From Fibrobacteria bacterium (GTDB lineage Bacteria > Fibrobacterota > Fibrobacteria > UBA11236 > JADFYW01): a DNA stretch of 64,000 bases. Under the pieces are notes generated by a model that saw only the letters and a list, made by a program, of their open reading frames with translations, made no database searches and had not been told where the DNA came from. Each line of letters begins with the position of its first letter. Positions within the stretch are counted from its first letter, which is position 1. Both the position numbers and the translations under genes were made by a program. Positions 1 to 10,889 of this stretch are shown here, piece after piece. Location: NCBI GenBank assembly GCA_050294405.1, contig JBNKOC010000027.1, positions 64,001 to 128,000 of the forward strand. Direction: 5' to 3'.

Positions 1-2896
1 ATTTAAGATAAAAAAGGCAAACAACACACAGTTCGAAGTCAAAGAATTGCCAAAATCCTTGTTAACTAGCTCTTACTCATCCACTTTGGATAGCAGCGCC
101 CATTGGTATCTGGAAATAAAAAGCGCAACTCAAAGACATATATTGTTTCTGGATGCCAAATCGGCAAAAGAAAGCTCACTCCAGGAAAAAATCAGCCTAC
201 AATACGACTCAGCAAAAGTAAGCAGTTCCAATACGGAAGACTCCAAATTATTTAATGCTGTATTACTAAATACCAAGGGGCTGTTTTATGTAGCTGACTC
301 GAATTACCAACAGGCCCTTAAATATTTTAAAATAGCCACGGCAGCCAACCCCCATAACACTAAGTTTGCCATAAATAATGTGGCCATGTATCAGGCTCTG
401 GGACAGGCTCATGTCGGGGTGGAGTTTTTGGAAACCAGAAAGCCTATGGTAGAGAAATCCTCTCAGCTTATGGGAATATTAGGCTCCCTTTACGAAGAAC
501 TCAGCCAATATAGCGAAGCCAAACATTGGGCGGAAATGGCTCTACAAAAAGATCCGGGAAATGTGGAATGGTTAATCAACCTATCCGATGCTCTTTGGCA
601 ACTTGGAGAAAAAGTCCAGTCTCGAAATATATTATATCACCAATACAAACATCGCCCCAGTTTTCGTTTATCTGTTTACTTAGCTCAAACTCATTTGGGC
701 CTGGAGGAATTTCAAAACGCATACAGAATTTTAAGCGAAGCGCACAAAAGCCATAAGCCCAGCCAAAAATCCATGGAATACTTTCTCATGGCCCTAAACG
801 GGCTTAAAATGTATGGCAAGGTTTTATCCAATTTTGGGGAAGGGAAAAAATATTTTAAACCCTCTGCCAGAATGTGGGTTGAAAAAGCCACTGCGGAATT
901 CCATCTCAAATATTATATCCTGGCGGAGTATAGCTCTAAAAAGGCTCTGGACCTGGACCCCCATGATGACAGGGCCAAGGATTTAGCCACCCGCATTAAC
1001 ACCATTCTGGGGACTAAAACAAATTTACTGATAAAACAGCCTTTGCCCAGTTTGATATCCGCCCGAAGTAAGCAGGAAATATCCGATATTTTTCACCAAT
1101 CCCTATCCACAGGCTGGCTCGAAAGCGGTGTTCCCATATACATGGTGGAACGCAAGGAAATGATGGAATGGGAACCCAATTCAAATTGGCATAAATCCAC
1201 CCGTTTCCTTTATTTCGTGCCCGCGCGCAACGGCAGATCCCACTTTAAAGAGCTTACTTTTGATTTGAACTCCAACCATTCTAAAATGCATGTGAATAGC
1301 TACCTGGCCTTGGACACTAATTTGGAAAAAATATCCAGCGTCAATTCCAAAGATTTTTACATCACTAAAAACCACAACACCAGGGTCCATCCCGAAAACC
1401 TGTTAATACACATCCCTCTTCCCGAATATGAAGGCCCCTTTTTCCTACAAGTGATTGTAACGGAAATTTCAGCCTATAAATCCGAGGAGTTTCCCTATTC
1501 CAGATATACCACAAAAAACGCTTTGCCCTTTTTCAAAAACAGCCTGGAAATCCATACCAAATCCAAAAACCTTAACATACATCACTTTGGCAAAGCCAGT
1601 TTGAGCGAAGAAAATTATGGTTTTAGACTGGAACTGGCGCCCAATGGTATTTGGGGAGCCGAGAAATTTTCGCCCTCCTTTGAGGAATATGGCACAGGCT
1701 ATTCCATTGCCCCGCAAAAAACCTGGAGCCAGGTGGGCGAAGAATACCAAGCCTATTTAAAACAAAAAGGTATAAACATCGACAGCATTCCCTTTGCCAT
1801 AAAAGAGCAGGCCATTGAAGTTTTAAACAATTACAAGGACGTGAGTTCACCAATCCACGCCATGTACAAATATGTGCGCGATGAAATAGCCTACAATAAT
1901 TTTGAGTTTGGCCTCCATGCTTTAATTCCCGAAAATTCTGTAGATGTTAACATTAAAAAATACAGCGATTGCAAGGGCCACGCCTACCTGTTGGCTCAAC
2001 TGCTACGGGCGGCAAATATCAAAGCTAATTTAGCCCTAATTAGTTTGGAGCACGAAGGCCTTCCCAACCAGCCAAGCCTCCACCAATTTAATCACATGAT
2101 AGTGCACGTGCCCGGTCCGGGCAAAAATGCGGATTATTTTTTAGACCCCACAGAAAAATACCAGCCCTTTCGCCAGGTTCCTGTGAATTTACAGGGCAAA
2201 AACGCCCTTATTCTCGATGGAGGAAACCATCGGCTGGTAACATTGCCGGAAATTGTGGACAGCCTGGAGCACATTGTAGAGATCAAACATCATTTAACAT
2301 TGCATAAAGATTCCAAAATTTCCGGTTTGGATTCCATTATCCTCAGGGGAAAAATAGCAGCTGAATTTCGGGAGCAAATTTCTCAATGGGAAAAAATCGG
2401 AAAAATGGAAACCCTTATTTCCTGGATTACTGAGGGCTACGATGGTTACTGGAACGGGGAACTCAGTATCAAACAGGAAAAAGAAATGGACAAACCCTTG
2501 GTTCTCATGTTTAAATACAAACAATATCTGGACCCTGTTAAGTACCAGAACATTTTAAACGTGCAGCCTCAGTTGGAGTGGAGCTTTTTGCGTTATCCCA
2601 ATTCTGATTTCAGGCAAACGCCAATTTATTTCCCCTTTGAAATTAAAGTACATGCCGAATGGTATTATCATGTGGCCGGAAATGAAACTCTGGATACTAA
2701 CATTAGAATTGAAAAGGAAGTGGAGCACAATTTAAGTTGGCAACGGCTTCCGGTGGAAAAAGCGCCCAACTTTCTACATCTAAAACAAGAGTGGACGCTC
2801 GAACCTTTCCTGGCTCAAGCCCACGAGTACAAAACCATTAAATCAAACTGGGATAAGCTTTTGAAAAAAGGCGTTTTTCAGGTTAAGCTAAATTAA
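1..2896 (+). CDS. TPR-repeat and transglutaminase-like (DUF3857/transglutaminase-type) protein, 5' end outside the window
   Basis: The frame is open from the window edge, so the TTG at 47 is probably not the true start. N-terminal TPR-like helices; transglutaminase triad motifs SDCKGHAYLL, FNHMIVHV, FLDPT. Confidence 0.75.
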   Translation, partial: FKIKKANNTQFEVKELPKSLLTSSYSSTLDSSAHWYLEIKSATQRHILFLDAKSAKESSLQEKISLQYDSAKVSSSNTEDSKLFNAVLLNTKGLFYVADSNYQQALKYFKIATAANPHNTKFAINNVAMYQALGQAHVGVEFLETRKPMVEKSSQLMGILGSLYEELSQYSEAKHWAEMALQKDPGNVEWLINLSDALWQLGEKVQSRNILYHQYKHRPSFRLSVYLAQTHLGLEEFQNAYRILSEAHKSHKPSQKSMEYFLMALNGLKMYGKVLSNFGEGKKYFKPSARMWVEKATAEFHLKYYILAEYSSKKALDLDPHDDRAKDLATRINTILGTKTNLLIKQPLPSLISARSKQEISDIFHQSLSTGWLESGVPIYMVERKEMMEWEPNSNWHKSTRFLYFVPARNGRSHFKELTFDLNSNHSKMHVNSYLALDTNLEKISSVNSKDFYITKNHNTRVHPENLLIHIPLPEYEGPFFLQVIVTEISAYKSEEFPYSRYTTKNALPFFKNSLEIHTKSKNLNIHHFGKASLSEENYGFRLELAPNGIWGAEKFSPSFEEYGTGYSIAPQKTWSQVGEEYQAYLKQKGINIDSIPFAIKEQAIEVLNNYKDVSSPIHAMYKYVRDEIAYNNFEFGLHALIPENSVDVNIKKYSDCKGHAYLLAQLLRAANIKANLALISLEHEGLPNQPSLHQFNHMIVHVPGPGKNADYFLDPTEKYQPFRQVPVNLQGKNALILDGGNHRLVTLPEIVDSLEHIVEIKHHLTLHKDSKISGLDSIILRGKIAAEFREQISQWEKIGKMETLISWITEGYDGYWNGELSIKQEKEMDKPLVLMFKYKQYLDPVKYQNILNVQPQLEWSFLRYPNSDFRQTPIYFPFEIKVHAEWYYHVAGNETLDTNIRIEKEVEHNLSWQRLPVEKAPNFLHLKQEWTLEPFLAQAHEYKTIKSNWDKLLKKGVFQVKLN

Positions 2897-4539
2897 GGGT
2901 TCAAAACAAATTTAAACTGTTGGTAAATTTCCCCTGGAATTTTAAGCTGCCCAAAATAAACACCCGCTCTATTTATTTCTTTTGAGCCTAAATCCCACCG
3001 GGATTGGCCATTGATAACATTTAAGCGTTTAACTTTTTGACCTAGGATATTGTATAGTTCTAACACCCCCTTTTCCCCTCTTTCAAATTTAAAAGCCACT
3101 TTACGGGAATCAGAAATAATCTGGATATTTTTGTCCTGCAATTGAGACGCTTTCAAATCAATGATTTCTTCTTCTTCTGTAATAACCACTCCTACAATTT
3201 GCGTGTTATAATTCTGGTAGCTGGTATATCTGCCTCGCATCCAAAGCACAGCGGTATTAGTACTATCCCAAATAGGGGACATGGGACGGATATTATCAGA
3301 GCGGGAGTTTTCTGTTAAGGGAGTCCAGCTAAAAGTTTGCCCACTGTCTTTGGATACTCCCATAAAAATCTCGTAATGAACCTGATTATCCCCTTCACTT
3401 ACCAGAAGCTCCCCGGTTTCGGGATTCACATCAACAGAAATAAACACGCGAAAAGGGTTATTGGGATCCAGAAAAATATTTCCCGAATAATCATCTTCCC
3501 CGGAGTATAAACGAGTTCCTCCGTAGGCAATCTCATTGTCATGCCATCGTTCACCGTCAAAACGGGCATAGTGGTAACGAATATCATCCCCACCCTGCCC
3601 CGTGGGAAGCCCGGCGCTGCCTACCTGAACGGTAAAGGTTATGTAGGGGTTTTCATTGGAATCCAGATGTATGTCACTGGTCCAGGCCACATTATCTGCA
3701 TTTCCGGAATAAATTTTGGTGAAAGCATTGGGGTCGGGACCGTCTTCATCCCAGAAGTTATTATCAATTACATCCCCAAAGCTGTTGTATGTTTTGCCGC
3801 CTTTTAAATAGCCGTGGTACACGCTATTGTTGAAATCACGGGGATGGTGCTCGGTGGTAATAAAATGAATCACATCTTTGTTATTAGAGGCATAACGCAC
3901 ATAGGGCCTGCCGTAATGCACTACCAGGCGCCCCCCATATTTCCAGGACTGCCCCTCATTATCCGACACAAAGGCATTGGGATTCCAGCCACGGCCTCTG
4001 TGAAAATTGTAAATGCGCCCATTGCCGTTATTTTCAGCTGCCAGGTGAAATACATTGCTATAGGTGTTTTCGCCTCCCACATCCAGGGACTGGGGGTTAG
4101 ACCAAACCGCACTATTCCCGGAATCGGAGAAAGCCCAGAACATGTTGTTGTCGTAATTGTGGCCTGCAAACACGCACAAATAGCGTCCATCCTGGAGTGA
4201 CAACAAAGCGCCTTGATCATGGTCATCGCCGCCGTGAGGACCAGGAGCAATTCCCACCGTAACCGTTTCGGAACTTTTAGAGTTTAAGTTATATGTACTC
4301 ACTCTTACATGTTTAGCCAGGGATTGCCCCCCAGGCCCCGCAGAGTTAGCCACAGAGCTCACTATTATTTTTTCGTCGTGAACAATAATGCCCTCTGAAT
4401 TAAACCAGCTCCAGCCCCCATTATCCGTAAAAACAATTTCCTCAGAAATTTTCTGAATGATTTCCTGGTTCCAGCTAAAAGAAGCCAGTAATACAACTCC
4501 AACAGTTGCCATTTTAAAATGCCTGGGCCCAATGCGCAT
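2893..4539 (-). CDS. Secreted BNR-4/beta-propeller protein with C-terminal secretion-sorting-like domain
   Basis: Signal peptide; GGWSWF, DDHD, NTYSN, RPYVRY motifs; Asp-box-like SDNEGQSW and SKDSGQTF; C-terminal LYNILGQKV...AGVYF; RBS AGAGGGG upstream. Confidence 0.7.
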   Translation of the reverse strand: MRIGPRHFKMATVGVVLLASFSWNQEIIQKISEEIVFTDNGGWSWFNSEGIIVHDEKIIVSSVANSAGPGGQSLAKHVRVSTYNLNSKSSETVTVGIAPGPHGGDDHDQGALLSLQDGRYLCVFAGHNYDNNMFWAFSDSGNSAVWSNPQSLDVGGENTYSNVFHLAAENNGNGRIYNFHRGRGWNPNAFVSDNEGQSWKYGGRLVVHYGRPYVRYASNNKDVIHFITTEHHPRDFNNSVYHGYLKGGKTYNSFGDVIDNNFWDEDGPDPNAFTKIYSGNADNVAWTSDIHLDSNENPYITFTVQVGSAGLPTGQGGDDIRYHYARFDGERWHDNEIAYGGTRLYSGEDDYSGNIFLDPNNPFRVFISVDVNPETGELLVSEGDNQVHYEIFMGVSKDSGQTFSWTPLTENSRSDNIRPMSPIWDSTNTAVLWMRGRYTSYQNYNTQIVGVVITEEEEIIDLKASQLQDKNIQIISDSRKVAFKFERGEKGVLELYNILGQKVKRLNVINGQSRWDLGSKEINRAGVYFGQLKIPGEIYQQFKFVLNP

Positions 4540-4903
4540 AAGTTCCCCTCTTTAAATTTTCACATCCCATTTCCAGACGCCCAGGATCTGAAACCTGTCC
4601 CATAAACTTAAACTCAAAAAGAAATTTTGAGTCAAAAAAAAGTCTTATAAAATAAATTTTCACTAATTTTATACTGTTAACAGTATATTTTAAATTAACT
4701 TTGGAAACATCAAGTGTTTGTTTTCCACATTTCCGGGTTTTAAAATATTTCGCCCGGAGCAAAAAAATAGCCCCCAATATAATTTCCCTGACTTTGCGTG
4801 CTGGACAGTCCCGTATTTTTCACAAAGGAAGATAAAAACCCAGGGGACTATTTGGACAGCCGGTACACATTCAACCCAAAACAAATTTTATTAGATTGCC
4901 AAT

Positions 4904-6694
4904 ATGAAAAATAAACTAGCTGTAATTGATTTTGGCGGCCAATACGCCCATTTAATTGCCAATAGGGTAAGGCGTTTGGGAGTTTATGCCGAAGTGTTGC
5001 CATCTTATGCCAGCTTGGAAGAGCTGGAGCCCTTTAAGGCAGTTATTTTATCCGGTGGCCCGGCTTCGGTATATAGCCCCGATGCCCCGGAATTTAATCC
5101 GGAACTGCTCAAAACAAAGGTTCCCGTTTTGGGCATATGTTATGGCCATCAATTGCTATGTATCCACTACGGCGGCAAAGTAGAGCAAAGCCCGCAAAGG
5201 GAATATGGCCCGGCTAAATTCAGCCCCCAGGGAGGTTCGCGTCTGCTTGAAGGTGTTTCCAGCCAAACCACTATGTGGATGAGCCACGGCGATGAGGTTC
5301 GTCACATTCCCGAGGACTTTCATGTTATTGGCCAAACATCGGCTTGTCCTTTTGCAGCTATTTCCAATTCTTCCAACACACGCTTTGGCATCCAGTTCCA
5401 CCCCGAGGTGACCCACTCCGTGGAAGGAAGCAAAGTGCTTGAAAATTTTCTCAATATTTGCGGACTTAGCAAAGACTGGGATATGGCCAGCTATCTGGAA
5501 AACTTAAAAGCCAGGTTAATAAAGCAATGCCAGGGAAAAAACGTCTTTTTGCTAGTGAGCGGCGGGGTCGATTCCACAGTGGCCTTTGGCCTTTTAAACA
5601 ATGTATTGGGTCCCGAGCGGGTCAAAGGGCTCCACATAGATAACGGCCTCATGCGCAAAGACGAAAGCCGCGAAATTATGGACTTTATGTCGGCCCAGGG
5701 CTTTGAAAATTTGATTTTCTGCGACGCTAAAAAAGATTTTTTGAATAAGCTTGAAGGCGTTTACGAACCCGAGGCCAAACGCAAAATTATCGGCGATACT
5801 TTTTTGGAAGTCCTGGATAATCAGGTGTCCGCATTAAGACTAGACCCCGAAAAATGGATTATGGCCCAAGGCACCACTTATCCCGATACTATCGAAAGCG
5901 GGGGCACCAAAAATTCCGCCACCATTAAAACCCACCATAACCGCGTGCCCAAAGCAGTGGAAATGCTGGAGAAAGGCCTTATTATTGAACCCCTGGCAGA
6001 GCTTTATAAAGATGAAGTTCGCGCGCTGGGAACTGAATTGGGCATCCCCGACCATTTAGTTTGGCGGCATCCATTTCCTGGACCTGGTTTAGGGGTTCGC
6101 TATTTATGCCTGGATGCTTTATCGGCTAAAGCCGCGGACAATTCACCGGCTGGTCTATCCTCCTATCTGAAAGAAAAAAACCTAAAGGGAAAAATGCTGC
6201 CCATTAAAAGCGTGGGCGTGCAAGGAGATGGAAGAACTTACGCCCATCCCTGTTTGTTATCTTCCGTCCCAAATTGGGAGGCTGTAAAGGATGTATCTAC
6301 AGAAATCACCAATCAATTTTCCGAGATAAACAGGGTGGTTTTGGAAATCGCCCATGCAGGCGATGGAGAATACATTGCCGTAGAACAGCAACTGGACGAA
6401 AACAAACTCCATTTTTTGCGGGAAGCCGACGCCCTTTGCACCGAGGCTTTATTTGCGAATAACCTGTATAAAGATATCTGGCAAATGCCTGTAGTGCTTT
6501 TGCCTCTGGAAATCGGAGGTAAACCTGTAGTGGTGATGCGCCCTATTCACAGCTCCGAGGCCATGACAGCCAATTATGCAGAAATTGATTTTGGCATATT
6601 AAACAATTTGTGGGAAAAACTAAAAGCCATTGGCACCGGGGCGCTTTTGTACGATATTACACATAAGCCTCCGGGAACCATAGAATGGGAATAA
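4904..6694 (+). CDS. guaA: GMP synthase (glutamine-hydrolysing)
   Basis: DFGGQY, LGICYGHQ, QFHPEV, SGGVDS, HPFPGPGL and C-terminal KPPGTIEWE. Confidence 0.97.
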   Translation: MKNKLAVIDFGGQYAHLIANRVRRLGVYAEVLPSYASLEELEPFKAVILSGGPASVYSPDAPEFNPELLKTKVPVLGICYGHQLLCIHYGGKVEQSPQREYGPAKFSPQGGSRLLEGVSSQTTMWMSHGDEVRHIPEDFHVIGQTSACPFAAISNSSNTRFGIQFHPEVTHSVEGSKVLENFLNICGLSKDWDMASYLENLKARLIKQCQGKNVFLLVSGGVDSTVAFGLLNNVLGPERVKGLHIDNGLMRKDESREIMDFMSAQGFENLIFCDAKKDFLNKLEGVYEPEAKRKIIGDTFLEVLDNQVSALRLDPEKWIMAQGTTYPDTIESGGTKNSATIKTHHNRVPKAVEMLEKGLIIEPLAELYKDEVRALGTELGIPDHLVWRHPFPGPGLGVRYLCLDALSAKAADNSPAGLSSYLKEKNLKGKMLPIKSVGVQGDGRTYAHPCLLSSVPNWEAVKDVSTEITNQFSEINRVVLEIAHAGDGEYIAVEQQLDENKLHFLREADALCTEALFANNLYKDIWQMPVVLLPLEIGGKPVVVMRPIHSSEAMTANYAEIDFGILNNLWEKLKAIGTGALLYDITHKPPGTIEWE

Positions 6695-6772
6695 AACAAA
6701 ATATTATTGGCCCCCTTTCCCTAAAAAATTTTAAATAAGGTATAGGGCAATTTTTTTGCCCGCAAAAATTGA

Positions 6773-7933
6773 ATGGAACCAAGACTTCACGAAACCGCTA
6801 AGAAAAAAGAAAAAGCTATGGTCGTTGGGGTAGCCACTAGAGGCACCTCTCCCCAAAAGGCTAAACTGCATTTGGAAGAATTGTCCCGACTGGTGGAAAC
6901 GGCCGGAGCCGATGTGGTAGAGCGCGTGATTCAAAATCGCCCCAGTATCGACCCTGGCACCTTAATTGGCTCAGGAAAGTTGCGGGAAATTGGAATTTGG
7001 GTTAAAGAGAATAACATCGACCTGGTAGCCTTTGACGAAGACCTTTCCCCTTCCCAGGCCAAAAAAATAGAAATGGAACTTGGCGTAAAAGTTCTGGATA
7101 GAAGCGGCATCATTCTTGATATATTTGCCCGTAATGCCCAAACTGCCGAATCTCGTATCCAGGTGGAAGTAGCTCAACTGGAATATTATTTGCCGCGCTT
7201 AACCCGAGCCTGGACCCACTTAAGCCGTCAGGTGGGCGGAATAGGAACCAGAGGTCCCGGTGAAACCCAGTTGGAAGTGGACAGACGTTTAGTGCGCGAC
7301 CGAATCAGCTTTCTGAAAAAAAAGTTAAAGAAAAACGAAGGCATATTAATAAGGCAGCACAAAAGAAGATATCCGGCCATGCATGTGGCTTTAGTGGGTT
7401 ACACCAATACAGGCAAATCCTCTTTGATGAATCTTTTGACCAATTCCGAAGTGCTAGTGGAAAACAAATTGTTTGCCACTTTAGATGCCACAACCCGCAA
7501 GCTGCCTTTGGGCAGACGGCAGGGGGCTGTGTTGTCGGATACCGTAGGTTTTATCCGCAAACTTCCCCACCATCTGGTCCAGAGCTTTAAAAGCACATTA
7601 AGCGTGGTAAGTGAAGCCTCTCTCATATTGCATTTGGTGGATGGCAGCGATCCGGATTTTCAATCCCACATGGAAGTAACAGGACAAGTATTGGAAGAAC
7701 TGGATACCGAACATATTCCCCGCATAACGGTTTTTAATAAAATCGATATGCTGGACCCCGAACACTTAAAAATTTTAAAGTCCAATTTTCCCGATGCCTT
7801 TTTTATTTCCGTTTACGAGAAAGAAGGTATCGAAGCTTTAAAAGCGAAAATTATCGATGTATTTGAAAGACACAAAGTGCTGCATCAAAAAGAAGTGAAC
7901 CGCCCGGCTAGCAAGGGCTGGTCCACCGCCTGA
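6773..7933 (+). CDS. hflX: GTPase HflX
   Basis: GIGTRGPGETQLEVDRR, GYTNTGKS, LFATLD, DTVGFI, NKID. Confidence 0.96.
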   Translation: MEPRLHETAKKKEKAMVVGVATRGTSPQKAKLHLEELSRLVETAGADVVERVIQNRPSIDPGTLIGSGKLREIGIWVKENNIDLVAFDEDLSPSQAKKIEMELGVKVLDRSGIILDIFARNAQTAESRIQVEVAQLEYYLPRLTRAWTHLSRQVGGIGTRGPGETQLEVDRRLVRDRISFLKKKLKKNEGILIRQHKRRYPAMHVALVGYTNTGKSSLMNLLTNSEVLVENKLFATLDATTRKLPLGRRQGAVLSDTVGFIRKLPHHLVQSFKSTLSVVSEASLILHLVDGSDPDFQSHMEVTGQVLEELDTEHIPRITVFNKIDMLDPEHLKILKSNFPDAFFISVYEKEGIEALKAKIIDVFERHKVLHQKEVNRPASKGWSTA

Positions 7934-7943
7934 ACCAAAATTT

Positions 7944-8840
7944 ATGGCCCCCACTTCACCTAGCCTCAACAAGTATTTAACCCGCGATTATATTTCCAGC
8001 ATTAAAAGCCTGCAATTAAAGGCCAATGCTATTATTAAAGGTTCGATGTTAGGTTTGCACTCCTCCCCTTTCAGGGGGTATTCCAGTGAATTTTTCCAAT
8101 ACCGCAGTTATTCTCCGGGCGATCCCATGAAGTATTTCGATTGGAAAATTTATGGCAAAAATGAAAAGAAAATGATTCGCCAATTCAAAAATGAAACCAA
8201 TGCCAGAGTGTACGTGGTACTGGACAGCTCAAAGTCCATGGCATTTAAGGGAGAAAAGGGCGAAGAAAAATTGGAATACGCCAAAGTATTGGGGGCTAGC
8301 ATAGCCATGTTAGCACATCAACAACGAGACGCTTTTTCTTTTATACACGGAGCTAACAACATTAACATTAAAACAGAGTTGGGAAACTCAAACGCCCATC
8401 TAAAAAACAGCCTGACTGTTCTGGAAAAATTAAACTGCGAGGGGCAAACAGAATTAGGTGGCATGTTTAACAAATTGGCTCCCTATTTAAAATCGGGCAG
8501 CATGTGTTTTGTTTTTTCCGATTTTTGGCAGGACCCTTCCCAGTATTTAAACTCTCTTAAAAAAATTTGCCACAAAAGCGCTATTACTTTGGTGCAGGTT
8601 CACAGTCCTGAAGAATCGGCCTTTTTAAAAGGAAAAAACTTGGAGTTGGTAGACATGGAAAGCGGCGAAAAAATCAAATTGTCCGGCTCCCAGTTAGACA
8701 ATCAATATAAAGAAGCCTTAAAAGAATTCCAGTCCCGATTGCATATTGAATTTTCCAAATTAAAACTCCGATATATCAAACTGTCCACAGATGAGCCCTT
8801 TATCCATAGCCTGCGCCAGGTTTTAAATCTTAAGTATTAA
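7944..8840 (+). CDS. DUF58 family protein (vWA-like, MoxR-associated)
   Basis: GLHSSPFRG.SSEF..YR.Y.PGD....DWK and LDSSKSM motifs. Confidence 0.88.
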   Translation: MAPTSPSLNKYLTRDYISSIKSLQLKANAIIKGSMLGLHSSPFRGYSSEFFQYRSYSPGDPMKYFDWKIYGKNEKKMIRQFKNETNARVYVVLDSSKSMAFKGEKGEEKLEYAKVLGASIAMLAHQQRDAFSFIHGANNINIKTELGNSNAHLKNSLTVLEKLNCEGQTELGGMFNKLAPYLKSGSMCFVFSDFWQDPSQYLNSLKKICHKSAITLVQVHSPEESAFLKGKNLELVDMESGEKIKLSGSQLDNQYKEALKEFQSRLHIEFSKLKLRYIKLSTDEPFIHSLRQVLNLKY

Positions 8841-8845
8841 CATAG

Positions 8846-10825
8846 ATGTGGGCTTTTTTAAATCCTTTTGCATTATGGGCCTTAGCCGCCGCAGCCATTC
8901 CCCTGGCTATTCATCTGCTTGGGCGCAACAAATTAAAAACCAGTCCCTTCCCTTCCCTATTGCTTTTAAAAGAGGAACTCTCCCAGGCCTCCCGTCAAAA
9001 CCAACTTAAGAACATATTGCTTTTAATATTGCGCACCCTGTTTATTTTATGCGTAGTCCTTGCCTTGGGCAATCCTGTTTATCGAACTTCTGGCCAGGGC
9101 GCATCCCGTGAAGTCCAACTGGCCTATGTATACAACAACGGTGTATTAGCCGGGTTAAAAACAGAAAATAAAAACACTATTTTTGACCTGGAAAATCAAT
9201 TTTCCCGGCAGTTGGATTCCAGCAGCAAACTGCCTCTAAAAAAGTTTTGGCTAATACCCAGCGCAAGCGACACCCACAGCCCAAAAATCCAGGAGCGTTA
9301 CGGCAATTACAATGATGCAATGGAGCAAATCCGCGGTTTTTTATCCCAAAGTACCGCAGCCGACAACCATATATATATTCCTGTTTTGCGGTATAAAGAT
9401 ATGTTAAATAGCCTTTCCAGTTTGGAAAGGCTTTGCCAAAGTTTTCCCCAGTCCAAATTTTTTCTTTTAGATGGCACTCCATACATTCCCACTTTACCGG
9501 GAATCCACTTAAGCCATGCCAAGGTCCATGCAAAAAAGCCCATATTCCAACTGAGCTACCAGATTAGCAATAAAGAAAAGGCCAATCCAAAAGCCCGACT
9601 CAGAAATTTTTTAGGGGAAAATTTATTACAGGAAATGGATTTACCATCCCAAAACCGGGAATTAGAACTAAACATACCCCTAAATGACAACGCTTTTTAC
9701 ACTGGGAAAATTGCCCTGGACCAAACAGAGGCTTTTCCTCAAATGGGATATTTTGTTTTTAAGGCACCCCAAATCCTGCATATATTGCATGTGGGAAGTG
9801 ATTTAGCCTCCCTTGCCAGCTTAGGCAAGACCCAGCAGTTAAAAAACATAGATCACGTTCCTAACTTTTTAAGCAGCCATTCGGATTCTTTAAGCAAGTA
9901 CAATGCTATTGTTATCGCCAACCCCAGCCTGATTCCCGATGCGGTGTTTTCCAATTTGCAAAATTATATCAAACAAGGGGGAACATTGATTTTTATTCCC
10001 GGTGAAAACATCGATATCCCCCGCAGCAACCGAAACCTTTTGGTTCCTGCGCAAATGGGTTTTTTAAGCAATCGGGAAGAGACACGCCTGGCCGATAACC
10101 AAAATAACACGGAGCTCGAATTAAAAACCCAATCTCTGGGGGATATTCACGAAGCCCTTTTAGCCCTGAGCCCATCATCCTACATTGCCAAACAATATCA
10201 AATCACCCCCCATTTAAATGCCGAAGTGCTGTTGCAATCCAAACAAGGGCCCTTATTGCTCCGCTCCAAAATGGAAAAAGGCTTTCTTTATTTATGGACT
10301 ACCAACCTAGATAACCTGGAATGGACCTCACTGGGAGCCTCTGCTTTTTTACCCCTATTACACCAGCATATAATTGGAGCCACTGATTCGGATAACTGGA
10401 AAAACCAGGAAGTACATTCGGATTCCCAATATGTCATTCCCATAAACTCTGAAGCATCCAAAAAATTTGAAGTTATTAGCCCTTCGGGAAAAATATTTTC
10501 AGAAATAACGGAGCGCTATAATTCCAGGCTAATTGGTCCTTTTCCTAAAACCGGAGTGTACCAGATATTAAACGGCAAAGACAGTAATTACATTGCCGTA
10601 AATTTAGCACCTATGGAAGAATTAGAAAAAGAGGAACTGGACAAAAAATTGCAGAACATAAAAAACTCTGTAAAATGGATAGACTTCCAAAAAAGTATGG
10701 AGCTCATCCAATTAGAAGGCCGTATTTCCCTTTGGCCTTATTTTTTAATGGCGGCTGCTTTATGTCTTTTATTGGAATTGGCGTTGATTCGGTTATTAGC
10801 GCCTAAAATCCGGCTAAAATCTTAG
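8846..10825 (+). CDS. BatA-domain (N-terminal double-transmembrane) membrane protein
   Basis: N-terminus FLNP..LW.L....IP..IHL...FPSL..L...LLL.LR.L.I...VLA...P; C-terminal TM helix; directly downstream of DUF58. Confidence 0.8.
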   Translation: MWAFLNPFALWALAAAAIPLAIHLLGRNKLKTSPFPSLLLLKEELSQASRQNQLKNILLLILRTLFILCVVLALGNPVYRTSGQGASREVQLAYVYNNGVLAGLKTENKNTIFDLENQFSRQLDSSSKLPLKKFWLIPSASDTHSPKIQERYGNYNDAMEQIRGFLSQSTAADNHIYIPVLRYKDMLNSLSSLERLCQSFPQSKFFLLDGTPYIPTLPGIHLSHAKVHAKKPIFQLSYQISNKEKANPKARLRNFLGENLLQEMDLPSQNRELELNIPLNDNAFYTGKIALDQTEAFPQMGYFVFKAPQILHILHVGSDLASLASLGKTQQLKNIDHVPNFLSSHSDSLSKYNAIVIANPSLIPDAVFSNLQNYIKQGGTLIFIPGENIDIPRSNRNLLVPAQMGFLSNREETRLADNQNNTELELKTQSLGDIHEALLALSPSSYIAKQYQITPHLNAEVLLQSKQGPLLLRSKMEKGFLYLWTTNLDNLEWTSLGASAFLPLLHQHIIGATDSDNWKNQEVHSDSQYVIPINSEASKKFEVISPSGKIFSEITERYNSRLIGPFPKTGVYQILNGKDSNYIAVNLAPMEELEKEELDKKLQNIKNSVKWIDFQKSMELIQLEGRISLWPYFLMAAALCLLLELALIRLLAPKIRLKS

Positions 10826-10889
10826 CCAGCACTAATTTTTCAAATTAAGCCGGGATTCCAGTTTTCTGCCTTTTTTTTATAATTAAGCC

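Noticed and set aside
4514..4884. Short minus-strand ORFs in the guaA divergent promoter region, and the many 60-130 aa ORFs nested in or antisense to long genes
   Set aside because: No recognisable motifs; they overlap well-supported genes or promoter DNA and are treated as shadow ORFs.
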